Below, piece after piece: positions 1-13,200 of a stretch of 64,000 nt of DNA; the stretch's first letter is position 1, and each line of letters starts with the position of its first letter. This DNA is from Ranitomeya imitator (taxonomy: Eukaryota), in the NCBI RefSeq assembly GCF_032444005.1, contig NW_027193546.1:496001-560000 (forward strand), written 5' to 3'. The translations under genes and the position numbers were made by a program. Below the pieces are notes generated by a model. That model saw only the letters and a program-made list of their open reading frames with translations. It was not told where the DNA came from and made no database searches.

Positions 1-3000
1 TACAGCTCTGCGGGGAGGAGGTGGTGGTACTGATCATACAGCTGTGCGGGGAGGAGGTGATTTCTCTGATCATACAGCTCTGCAGGGAAGAGGTGGTGGC
101 TCTGATCATACAGCTCTGCGGGGAGGAGGAGGTGGCACTGATCATCCAGCTCTGCGGGGAGGAGGTGGTGGCACTGATCATACAGCTCTGCGGGGAGGAG
201 GTGGTGGCACTGATCATACAGCTCTGCGGGGAGGAGGTGGTGGCACTGATCATACAGCTCTGCGGGGAGGAGGAGGTGGCACTGATCATACAGCTCTGCG
301 GGGAGGAGGTGGTGGCACTGATCATACAGCTCTGCGGGGAGGAGGTGATTTCTCTGATCATACAGCTCTGCAGGGAGGAGGTGGTGGTACTGATCATACA
401 GCTGTGCGGGGAGGAGGTGATTTCTCTGATCATACAGCTCTGCAGGGAGAAGGTGGTGGCACTGATCATACAGCTCTGCGGGGAGGAGGTGGTGGCACTG
501 ATCATACAGCTCTGCGGGGAGGAGGTGGTGGCACTGATCATACAGCTCTGCGGGGAGGAGGTGGTGGCACTGATCATACAGCTCTGCGGGGAGGAGGGGA
601 TTTCTCTGATCATACAGCTCTGCAGGGAGGAGGTCGTGGCTCTGATCATACATCTCTGCGGGGAGGAGGTGGTGGCACTGATTATACAGCTCTGCGGGGA
701 GAGGGTGGTGGCTCTGATCATACAGCTCTGCGGGGAGGAGGTGGTGGCTCTGATCATACAGCTCTGCGGGGTGGAGGTGATTTCTCTGATCATACAGCTC
801 TGCAGGGAGGAGTAGGTGGTGGCACTGATGATACAGCTCTGCGGGGAGGAGGTGGTGGCACTGATCATACAGCTCTGCGGGGTGGAGGTGATTTCTCTGA
901 TCATACAGCTCTGCAGGGAGGAGTAGGTGGTGGCACTGATGATACAGCTCTGCGGGGAGGAGGTGGTGGCACTGATCATACAGCTCTGCGGGGAGGAGGT
1001 GGTGGCTCTGATCATACAGCTCTGCGGGGGAGAAGGTGGTGGCACTGATCATACAGCTCTGCGGGGTGGAGGTGATTTCTCTGATCATACAGCTCTGCAG
1101 AGAGGAGTAGGTGGTGGCACTGATGATACAGCTCTGCGGGGAGGAGGTGGTGGCACTGATCATACAGCTCTGCGGGGTGGAGGTGATTTCTCTGATCATA
1201 CAGCTCTGCAGGGAGGAGTAGGTGGTGGCACTGATGATACAGCTCTGCGGGGAGGAGGTGGTGGCACTGATCATACAGCTCTGCGGGGAGGAGGTGGTGG
1301 CTCTGATCATACAGCTCTGCGGGGAGGAGGTGGTGGCTCTGATCATGCAGCTCTGCGGGGAGGAGGTGGTGGCACTGATCATACAGCTCTGCGGGGAGGA
1401 GGTGGTGGCTCTGATCATACAGCTCTGCGGGGAGGAGGTGGTGGTACTGATCATACAGCTGTGCGGGGAGGAGGTGATTTCTCTGATCATACAGCTCTGC
1501 AGGGAGGAGGTGGTGGCTCTGATCATACAGCTCTGCGGGGAGGAGGAGGTGGCACTGATCATACAGCTCTGCGGGGAGGAGGTGGTGGCACTGATCATAC
1601 AGCTCTGCGGGGAGGAGGTGGTGGCACTGATCATACAGCTCTGCGGGGAGGAGGTGGTGGCACTGATCATACAGCTCTGCGGGGAGGAGGAGGTTGCACT
1701 GATCATACAGCTCTGCGGGGAGGAGGTGGTGGCACTGATCATACAGCTCTGCGGGGAGGAGGTGGTGGCACTGATCATACAGCTCTGCGGGGAGGAGGTG
1801 GTGGCACTGATCATACAGCTCTGCGGGGAGGAGGTGGTGGCACTGATCATACAGCTCTGCGGGGAGGAGGAGGTGGCACTGATCATACAGCTCTGCGGGG
1901 AGGAGGTGGTGGCACTGATCATACAGCTCTGCGGGGAGGAGGTGGTGGCACTGATCATACAGCTCTGCGGGGAGGAGGTGGTGGCACTGATCATACAGCT
2001 CTGCGGGGAGGAGGTGGTGGCACTGATCGTACAGCTCTGCGGGGAGGAGGTGGTGGCACTGATCATACAGCTCTGCAGGGAGGAGGTGGTGGCACTGATC
2101 ATACAGCTCTGCGGGGAGAAGGTGTTGGCACTGATCATACAGCTCTCCGGGGAGGAGGTGATTTCTCTGATCATACAGCTCTGCAGGGAGGAGGAGGTTA
2201 TGGCTCTGATCATACAGGTCTGAGGGGAGTAGGTGGTGGCTCTGATCATACAGCTCTGCGGGGAGAGGGTGGTGGCACTGATCATACAGCTCTGCGGGGA
2301 GGAGGTGATGGCTCTGATCCTACAGCTCTGCGGGGAGAATGTGGTGGCTCTGATCATACAGCTCTGCGGGGAGAAGGTGGTGGCACTGATAATACGGCTC
2401 TCCGGGGAGGAGGTGATTTCTCTGATCATACAGCTCTGCAGGGAGGAGGTGGTGGCTCTGATCATACAGCTCTGCGGGGAGGAGGTGGTGGCTCTGATCA
2501 TGCAGCTCTGCGGGGAGGAGGTGGTGGCACTGATCATACAGCTGTGCGGGGAGGAGGTGGTGGCACTGATCATACAGCTCTGCGGGGAGGAGGTGGTGGC
2601 ACTGATCATACAGCTGTGCGGGGAGGAGGTGATTTCTCTGATCATACAGCTCTGCAGGGAGGAGGTGGTGGCTCTGATCATACAGCTCTGCGGGGAGGAG
2701 GTGGTGGCACTGATCATACAGCTCTGCGGGGGAGAAGGTGGTGGCACTGATCATACAGCTCTGCAGGGAGGAGGTGGTGGCACTGATCATACAGCTCTGC
2801 GGGGAGAAGGTGTTGGCACTGATCATACAGCTCTCCGGGGAGGAGGTGATTTCTCTGATCATACAGCTCTGCAGGGAGGAGGAGGTTATGGCTCTGATCA
2901 TACAGGTCTGAGGGGAGTAGGTGGTGGCTCTGATCATACAGCTCTGCGGGGAGAGGGTGGTGGCACTGATCATACAGCTCTGCGGGGAGGAGGTGATGGC

Positions 3001-3715
3001 TCTCATCCTACAGCTCTGCGAGGAGAATGTGGTGGCTCTGATCATACAGCTCTGCGGGGAGAAGGTGGTGGCACTGATCATACGGCTCTCCGGGGAGGAG
3101 GTGATTTCTCTGATCATACAGCTCTGCAGGGAGGAGGTGGTGGCTCTGATCATACAGCTCTGCGGAGAGGAGGTGGTGGCTCTGATCATGCAGCTCTGCG
3201 GGGAGGAGGTGGTGGCACTGATCATACAGCTCTGCGGGGAGGAGGTGGTGGCACTGATCATACAGCTCTGCGGGGAGGAGGTGGTGGCACTTATCGTACA
3301 GCTCTGCGGGGAGGAGGTGGTGGCACTGATCATACAGCTCTGCAGGGAGGAGGTGGTGGCACTGATCATACAGCTCTGCGGGGAGAAGGTGTTGGCACTG
3401 ATCATACAGCTCTCCGGGGAGGAGGTGATTTCTCTGATCATACAGCTCTGCAGGGAGGAGGAGGTTATGGCTCTGATCATACAGGTCTGAGGGGAGTAGG
3501 TGGTGGCTCTGATCATACAGCTCTGCGGGGAGAGGGTGGTGGCACTGATCATACAGCTCTGCGGGGAGGAGGTGATGGCTCTGATCCTACAGCTCTGCGG
3601 GGAGAATGTGGTGGCTCTGATCATACAGCTCTGCGGGGAGAAGGTGGTGGCACTGATCATACGGCTCTCCGGGGAGGAGGTGATTTCTCTGATCATACAG
3701 CTCTGCAGGGAGGAG

Positions 3716-4810
3716 GTAACATAGTAACATAGTAACATAGTTAGTAAGGCCGAAAAAAGACATTTGTCCATCCAGTTCAGCCTATATTCCATCATAATAA
3801 ATACCCAGATCTACGTCCTTCTACAGAACCTAATAATTGTATGATACAATATTGTTCTGCTCCAGGAAGACATCCAGGCCTCTCTTGAACCCCTCGACTG
3901 AGTTCGCCATCACCACCTCCTCAGGGAAGCAATTCCAGATTCTCACTGCCCTAACAGTAAAGAATCCTCTTCTATGTTGGTGGAAAAACCTTCTCTCCTC
4001 CAGACGCAAAGAATGCCCCCTTGTGCCCGTCACCTTCCTTGGTATAAACAGATCCTCAGCGAGATATTTGTATTGTCCCCTTATATACTTATACATGGTT
4101 ATTAGATCGCCCCTCAGTCGTCTTTTTTCTAGACTAAATAATCCTAATTTCGCTAATCTATCTGGGTATTGTAGTTCTCCCATCCCCTTTATTAATTTTG
4201 TTGCCCTCCTTTGTACTCTCTCTAGTTCCATTATATCCTTCCTGAGCACCGGTGCCCAAAACTGGACACAGTACTCCATGTGCGGTCTAACTAGGGATTT
4301 GTAAAGAGGCAGTATAATGCTCTCATCATGTATATCCAGACCTCTTTTAATGCACCCCATGATCCTGTTTGCCTTGGCAGCTGCTGCCTGGCACTGGCTG
4401 CTCCAGGTAAGTTTATCATTAACTAGGATCCCCAAGTCCTTCTCCCTGTCAGATTTACCCAGTGGTTTCCCGTTCAGTGTGTAATGGTGATATTGATTCC
4501 CTCTTCCCATGTGTATAACCTTACATTTATCATTGTTAAACCTCATCTGCCACCTTTCAGCCCACGTTTCCAACTTATCCAGATCCATCTGTAGCAGAAT
4601 ACTATCTTCTCTTGTATTAACTGCTTTACATAGTTTTGTATCATCTGCAAATATCGATATTTTACTGTGTAAACCTTTTACCAGATCATTAATGAATATG
4701 TTGAAGAGAACAGGTCCCAATACTGACCCCTGCGGTACCCCACTGGTCACAGCGACCCAGTTAGAGACTATACCATTTATAACCACCCTCTGCTTTCTAT
4801 CACTAAGCCA
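3716..4810 (-). mobile_element. 5'-truncated CR1-clade LINE (about 1.1 kb, RT C-terminus and 3' UTR)
   Basis: GVPQGSVLGP and FADD RT motifs in frame; (CTATGTTA)n 3' tail seen as GTAACATA repeats at 3716; near-identical to 10240-13270. Confidence 0.97.
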
Positions 4811-7019
4811 CCAGAGGTGGTGGCTCTGATCATACAGCTCTGCGGGGAGGAGGTGGTGGCTCTGATCATGCAGCTCTGCGGGGAGGAGGTGGTGGCACTG
4901 ATCATACAGCTGAGCGGGGAGGAGGTGGTGGCACTGATCATACAGCTCTGCGGGGAGGAGGTGGTGGCACTGATCATACAGCTGTGCGGGGAGGAGGTGA
5001 TTTCTCTGATCATACAGCTCTGCAGGGAGGAGGTGGTGGCTCTGATCATACAGCTCTGCGGGGAGGAGGTGGTGGCACTGATCATACAGCTCTGCGGGGG
5101 AGAAGGTGGTGGCACTGATCATACAGCTCTGCGGGGTGAAGGTGATTTCTCTGATCAGACAGCTCTGCAGGGAGGAGTAGGTGGTGGCACTGATGATACA
5201 GCTCTGCGGGGAGGAGGTGGTGGCACTGATCATACAGCTCTGCGGGGAGGAGGAGGTGGCACTGATCATACAGCTCTGCGGGGAGGAGGAGGTGGCACTG
5301 ATCATACAGCTCTGCGGGGAGGAGGTGGTGGCACTGATCATACAGCTCTGCAGGGAGGAGGTGGTGGCACTGATCATACAGCTCTGCGGGGAGAAGGTGT
5401 TGGCACTGATCATACAGCTCTCCGGGGAGGAGGTGATTTCTCTGATCATACAGCTCTGCAGGGAGGAGGAGGTTATGGCTCTGATCATACAGGTCTGAGG
5501 GGAGTAGGTGGTGGCTCTAATCCTACAGCTCTGCGAGGAGAATGTGGTGGCTCTGATCATACAGCTCTGCGGGGAGAAGGTGGTGGCACTGATCATACGG
5601 CTCTCCGGGGAGGAGGTGATTTCTCTGATCATACAGCTCTGCAGGGAGGAGGTGGTGGCTCTTATCATACAGCTCTGCGGAGAGGAGGTGGTGGCTCTGA
5701 TCATGCAGCTCTGCGGGGAGGAGGTGGTGGCACTGATCATACAGCTGTGCGGGGAGGAGGTGGTGGCACTGATCATACAGCTCTGCGGGGAGGAGGTGGT
5801 GGTACTGATCATACAGCTGTGCGGGGAGGAGGTGATTTCTCTGATCATACAGCTCTGCAGGGAGGAGGTGGTGGCTCTGATCATACAGCTCTGCGGGGAG
5901 GTTGAGGTGGCACTGATCATACAGCTCTGCGGGGAGGAGGTGATGGCACTGATCATACAGCTCTGCGGGGAGGAGGTGGTGGCACTGATCATACAGCTCT
6001 GCGGGGAGGAGGTGGTGGCACTGATCATGCAGCTCTGCGGGGAGGAGGAGGTGGCACTGATCATACAGCTCTGCGGGGAGGAGGTGGTGGCACTGATCAT
6101 ACAGCTCTGCGGGGAGGAGGTGGTGGCACTGATCATACAGCTCTGCGGGGAGGAGGTGGTGGCACTGATCATACAGCTCTGCGGGGAGGAGGTGGTGGCA
6201 CTGATCATACAGCTCTGCGGGGAGGAGGTGATTTCTCTGATCATACAGCTCTGCAGGGAGGAGGTGGTGGCTCTGATCATACAGCTCTGCGGGGAGGAGG
6301 TGGTGGCTCTGATCATAGAGCTCTGCGGGGAGGAGGTGGTGGTACTGATCATACAGCTGTGCGGGGAGGAGGTGATTTCTCTGATCATACAGCTCTGCAG
6401 GGAGGAGGTGGTGGCTCTGATCATACAGCTCTGCGGGGAGGAGGTGGTGGCTCTGATCATACAGCTCTGCGGGGAGGAGGAGGTGGCACTGATCATACAG
6501 CTCTGCGGGGAGGAGGTGGTGGCACTGATCATACAGCTCTGCGGGGAGGAGGTGGTGGCACTGATCATACAGCTCTGCGGGGAGGAGGTGGTGGCACTGA
6601 TCATACAGCTCTGCGGGGAGGAGGAGGTGGCTCTGATCATACAGCTCTGCGGGGAGGAGGTGGTGGCTCTGATCATACAGCTCTGCGGGGAGGAGGTGGT
6701 GGCTCTGATCATACAGCTCTGCGGGGAGGAGGTGGTGGTACTGATCATACAGCTGTGCGGGGAGGATGTGATTTCTCTGATCATACAGCTCTGCAGGGAG
6801 GAGGTGGTGGCTCTGATCATACAGCTCTTCGGGGAGGAGGAGGTGGCACTGATCATACAGCTCTGCGGGGAGGAGGTGGTGGCACTGATCATACAGCTCT
6901 GCGGGGAGGAGGTGGTGGCACTGATCATACAGCTCTGCGGGGAGGAGGTGGTGGCACTGATCATACAGCTCTGCGGGGAGGAGGAGGTGGCACTGATCAT
7001 ACAGCTCTGCGGGGAGGAG

Positions 7020-8166
7020 GTAACATAGTAACATAGTAACATAGTTAGTAAGGCCGAAAAAAGACATTTGTCCATCCAGTTCAGCCTATATTCCATCATA
7101 ATAAATACCCAGATCTACGTCCTTCTACAGAACCTAATAATTGTATGATACAATATTGTTCTGCTCCAGGAAGACATCCAGGCCTCTCTTGAACCCCTCG
7201 ACTGAGTTCGCCATCACCACCTCCTCAGGCAAGCAATTCCAGATTCTCACTGCCCTAACAGTAAAGAATCCTCTTCTATGTTGGTGGAAAAACCTTCTCT
7301 CCTCCAGACGCAAAGAATGCCCCCTTGTGCCCGTCACCTTCCTTGGTATAAACAGATCCTCAGCGAGATATTTGTATTGTCCCCTTATATACTTATACAT
7401 GGTTATTAGATCGCCCCTCAGTCGTCTTTTTTCTAGACTAAATAATCCTAATTTCGCTAATCTATCTGGGTATTGTAGTTCTCCCATCCCCTTTATTAAT
7501 TTTGTTGCCCTCCTTTGTACTCTCTCTAGTTCCATTATATCCTTCCTGAGCACCGGTGCCCAAAACTGGACACAGTACTCCATGTGCGGTCTAACTAGGG
7601 ATTTGTACAGAGGCAGTATAATGCTCTCATCATGTGTATCCAGACCTCTTTTAATGCACCCCATGATCCTGTTTGCCTTGGCAGCTGCTGCCTGGCACTG
7701 GCTGCTCCAGGTAAGTTTATCATTAACTAGGATCCCCAAGTCCTTCTCCCTGTCAGATTTACCCAGTGGTTTCCCGTTCAGTGTGTAATGGTGATATTGA
7801 TTCCCTCTTCCCATGTGTATAACCTTACATTTATCATTGTTAAACCTCATCTGCCACCTTTCAGCCCAAGTTTCCAACTTATCCAGATCCATCTGTAGCA
7901 GAATACTATCTTCTCTTGTATTAACTGCTTTACATAGTTTTGTATCATCTGCAAATATCGATATTTTACTGTGTAAACCTTCTACCAGATCATTAATGAA
8001 TATGTTGAAGAGAACAGGTCCCAATACTGACCCCTGCGGTACCCCACTGGTCACAGCGACCCAGTTAGAGACTATACCATTTATAACCACCCTCTGCTTT
8101 CTATCACTAAGCCAGTTACTAACCCATTTACACACATTTTCCCCCAGACCAAGCATTCTCATTTTG
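7020..8166 (-). mobile_element. 5'-truncated CR1-clade LINE (about 1.15 kb)
   Basis: ORF 7134-8213 matches the C-terminus of the long copy; same 8-bp tail; scrambled satellite-derived filler at the 5' junction (8167-8225). Confidence 0.97.
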
Positions 8167-10239
8167 GTGGCACTGATCATACAGCTGATTCTGATTCTGA
8201 TCATACTGATCATTCTCAGGTGGTGGCACTGATCATAAAGCTCTGCGGGGAGGAGGTGGTGGCACTGATCATACAGCTCTGCGGGGAGGAGGTGGTGGCA
8301 CTGATCATACAGCTCTGCGGGGAGGAGGTGGTGGCACTGATCGTACAGCTCTGCGGGGAGGAGGTGGTGGCACTGATCCTACAGCTCTGCGGGGAGAATG
8401 TGGTGGCTCTGATCATACAGCTCTGCGGGGAGAAGGTGGTGGCACTGATCATACGGCTCTCCGGAGAGGAGGTGATTTCTCTGATCATACAGCTCTGCAG
8501 GGAGGAGGTGGTGGCTCTGATCATACAGCTCTGCGGGGAGGAGGTGGTGGCTCTGATCATGCAGCTCTGCGGGGAGGAGGTGGTGGCACTGATCATACAG
8601 CTGTGCGGGGAGGAGGTGGTGGCACTGATCATACAGCTGTGCGGGGAGGAGGTGGTGGCACTGATCATACAGCTGTGCGGGGAGGAGGTGGTGGCACTGA
8701 TCATACAGCTCTGCGGGGAGGAGGTGGTGGTACTGATCATACAGCTGTGCGGGGAGGAGGTGATTTCTCTGATCATACAGCTCTGCAGGGAGGAGGTGGT
8801 GGTACTTATCATACAGCTGTGCGGGGAGGAGGTGATTTCTCTGATCATACAGCTCTGCAGGGAGGAGGTGGTGGCACTGATCATACAGCTCTGCGGGGAG
8901 GAGATGGTGGCACTGATCATACAGCTCTGCGGGGAGGAGGTGGTGGCACTGATCATACAGCTCTGCGGGGAGGAGGTGGTGGCACTGATCATACAGCTCT
9001 GCGGGGAGGAGGTGATTTCTCTGATCATACAGCTCTGCAGGGAGGAGGTGGTGGCTCTGATCATACAGCTCTGCGGGGAGGAGGTGGTGGCTCTGATCAT
9101 ACAGCTCTGCGGGGAGGAGGTGGTGGTACTGATCATACAGCTCTGCGGGGAGGAGGTGGTGGCACTGATCATACAGCTCTGCGGGGAGGAGGTGGTGGCA
9201 CTGATCATACAGCTCTGCGGGGAGGAGGTGGTGGCACTGATCATACAGCTCTGCGGGGAGGAGGTGGTGGCACTGATCATACAGCTCTGCGGGGAGGAGG
9301 TGGTGGCACTGATCATACAGCTCTGCGGGGAGGAGGAGGTGGCTCTGATCATACAGCTCTGCGGGGAGGAGGAGGTGGCACTGATCATACAGCTCTGCGG
9401 GGAGGAGGTGGTGGCACTGATCATACAGCTCTGCGGGGAGGAGGTGGTGGCACTGATCATACAGCTCTGCGGGGAGGAGGTGGTGGCACTGATTACACAG
9501 CTCTGCGGGGAGAGGGTGGTGGCTCTGATCATACAGCTCTGCGGGGAGGAGGTGGTGGCTCTGATCATACAGCTCTGCGGGGTGGAGGTGATTTCTCTGA
9601 TCATACAGCTCTGCGGGGTGGAGGTGGTGGCACTGATTATACAGCTCTGCGGGGAGGAAGTGGTGGCTCTGATCATACAGCTCTGCGGGGGAGAAGGTGG
9701 TGGCACTGATCATACAGCTCTGCGGGGTGGAGGTGATTTCTCTGATCATACAGCTCTGCAGGGAGGAGTAGGTGGTGGCACTGATGATACAGCTCTGCGG
9801 GGAGGAGGTGGTGGCACTGATCATACAGCTCTGCGGGGTGGAGGTGATTTCTCTGATCATACAGCTCTGCGGGGAGGAGGAGGTGGCACTGATCATACAG
9901 CTCTGCGGGGAGGAGGTGGTGGCACTGATCATACAGCTCTGCGGGGAAGAGGTGGTGGCTCTGATCATACAGCTCTGCGGGGAGGAGGTGGTGGTACTGA
10001 TCATACAGCTGTGCGGGGAGGAGGTGATTTCTCTGATCATACAGCTCTGCAGGGAGGAGGTGGTGGCTCTGATCATACAGCTCTGCGGGGAGGAGGTGGT
10101 GGCTCTGATCATACAGCTCTGCGGGGAGGAGGAGGTGGCACTGATCATACAGCTCTGCGGGGAGGAGGTGGTGGCACTGATCATACAGCTCTGCGGGGAG
10201 GAGGTGGTGGCACTGATCATACAGCTCTGCGGGGAGGAG

Positions 10240-13200
10240 GTAACATAGTAACATAGTAACATAGTTAGTAAGGCCAAAAAAAGACATTTGTCCATCCAGT
10301 TCAGCCTATATTCCATCATAATACATACCCAGATCTACGTCCTTCTACAGAACCTAATAATTGTATGATACAATATTGTTCTGCTCCAGGAAGACATCCA
10401 GGCCTCTCTTGAACCCCTCGACTGTGTTCGCCATCACCACCTCCTCAGGCAAGCAATTCCAGATTCTCACTGCCCTAACAGTAAAGAATCCTCTTCTATG
10501 TTGGTGGAAAAACCTTCTCTCCTCCAGACGCAAATAATGCCCCCTTGTGCCCGTCACCTTCCTTGGTATAAACAGATCCTCAGCGAGATATTTGTATTGT
10601 CCCCTTATATACTTATACATGGTTATTAGATCACCCCTCAGTCGTCTTTTTTCTAGACTAAATAATCCTAATTTCGCTAATCTATCTGGGTATTGTAGTT
10701 CTCCCATCCCCTTTATTAATTTTGTTGCCCTCCTTTGTACTCTCTCTAGTTCCATTATATCCTTCCTGAGCACCGGTGCCCAAAACTGGACACAGTACTC
10801 CATGTGCGGTCTAACTAGGGATTTGTACAGAGGCAGTATAATGCTCTCATCATGTGTATCCAGACCTCTTTTAATGCACCCCATGATCCTGTTTGCCTTG
10901 GCAGCTGCTGCCTGGCACTGGCTGCTCCAGGTAAGTTTATCATTAACTAGGATCCCCAAGTCCTTCTCCCTGTCAGATTTACCCAGTGGTTTCCCGTTCA
11001 GTGTGTAATGGTGATATTGATTCCCTCTTCCCATGTGTATAACCTTACATTTATCATTGTTAAACCTCATCTGCCACCTTTCAGCCCAAGTTTCCAACTT
11101 ATCCAGATCCATCTGTAGCAGAATACTATCTTCTCTTGTATTAACTGCTTTACATAGTTTTGTATCATCTGCAAATATCGATATTTTACTGTGTAAACCT
11201 TCTACCAGATCATTAATGAATATGTTGAAGAGAACAGGTCCCAATACTGACCCCTGCGGTACCCCACTGGTCACAGCGACCCAGTTAGAGACTATACCAT
11301 TTATAACCACCCTCTGCTTTCTATCACTAAGCCAGTTACTAACCCATTTACACACATTTTCCCCCAGACCAAGCATTCTCATTTTGTGTACCAACCTCTT
11401 GTGCGGCACGGTATCAAACGCTTTGGAAAAATCGAGATATACCACGTCCAATGACTCACCGTGGTCCAGTCTATAGCTTACCTCTTCATAAAAACTGATT
11501 AGATTGGTTTGACAGGAGCGAGTTCTCATAAACCCATGCTGATATGGAGTTAAACAGTTATTCTCATTGAGATAATCCAGAATAACATCCCTCAGAAACC
11601 CTTCAAATATTTTACCAACAATAGAGGTTAGACTTACTGGCCTATAATTTCCAGGTTCACTTTTAGAGCCCTTTTTGAATATTGGCACCACATTTGCTAT
11701 GCGCCAGTCCTGCGGAACAGACCCTGTCGCTATAGAGTCACTAAAAATAAGAAATAATGGTTTATCTATTACATTACTTAGTTCTCTTAGTACTCGTGGG
11801 TGTATGCCATCCGGACCTGGAGATTTATCTATTTTAATCTTATTTAGCCGGTTTCGCACCTCTTCTTGGGTTAGATTGGTGACTCTTAATATAGGGTTTT
11901 CATTGTTTCTTGGGATTTCACCTAGCATTTCATTTTCCACCGTGAATACCGTGGAGAAGAAGGTGTTTAATATGTTAGCTTTTTCCTCGTCATCTACAAC
12001 CATTCTTTCCTCACTATTTTTTAAGGGGCCTACATTTTCAGTTTTTATTCTTTTACTATTGATATAGTTGAAGAACAGTTTGGGATTAGTTTTACTCTCC
12101 TTAGCAATGTGCTTCTCTGTTTCCTTTTTGGCAGCTTTAATTAGTTTTTTAGATAAAGTATTTTTCTCCCTATAGTTTTGTAGAGCTTCAATGGTGCCAT
12201 CCTGCTTTAGTAGTGCAAATGCTTTCTTTTTACTGTTAATTGCCTGTCTTACTTCTTTGTTTAGCCACATTGGGTTTTTCCTATTTCTAGTCCTTTTATT
12301 CCCACAAGGTATAAACCGCTTACACTGCCTATTTAGGATGTTCTTAAACATTTCCCATTTATTATCTGTATTCTCATTTCTGAGGATATTGTCCCAGTCT
12401 ACCAGATTAAGGGCATCTCTAAGCTGTTCAAACTTTGCCTTCCTAAAGTTCAGTGTTTTTGTGACTCCCTGACAAGTCCCCCTAGTGAAAGACAGGTGAA
12501 ACTGCACAATATTGTGGTCGCTATTTCCTAAATGCCCAACCACCTGCAGATTTGTTATTCTGTCAGGTCTATTAGATAGTATTAGGTCTAAAAGTGCTGC
12601 TCCTCTGGTTGGATTCTGCACCAATTTTGAAAGATAATTTTTCTTGGTTATTAGCAGAAACCTGTTGCCTTTATGGGTTTCACAGGTTTCTGTTTCCCAG
12701 TTAATATCTGGGTAGTTAAAGTCCCCCATAACCAGGACCTCATTATGGGTTGCAGCTTCATCTATTTGCTTTAGAAGTAGACTTTCCATGGTTTCTGTTA
12801 TATTTGGGGGTTTGTAACAGACCCCAATGAGAATTTTGTTACCATTTTTCCCTCCATGAATTTCGACCCATATGGACTCGACATCCTCATTCCCTTCGCT
12901 AATATCCTCCCTTAAAGTGGACTTTAGACAAGACTTTACATAGAGACAAACCCCTCCTCCTCTCCGATTTTTACGATCCTTTCTAAACAGACTGTAACCC
13001 TGTAAGTTAACTGCCCAGTCATAGCTTTCATCTAACCATGTCTCGGTTATTCCCACTATGTCAAAGTTACCTGTAGATATTTCTGCTTCTAGTTCTTCCA
13101 TCTTGTTTGTCAGGCTTCTGGCGTTTGCGAGCATGCAGTTTAGAGGATTTTGTTTTGTTCCAATCTCCTCACTGTGGATTGTTTTAGAAATGTTCTTACC

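Noticed and set aside
4404-4412. CAGGTAAGT as a U1 snRNA or splice-donor signal
   Set aside because: It lies inside the antisense strand of the CR1 RT coding region; no U1 or other snRNA body was found in the window.
3830-7099. 1089-aa satellite-RT fusion ORF
   Set aside because: Chance in-frame junction between an open satellite frame and a truncated CR1.
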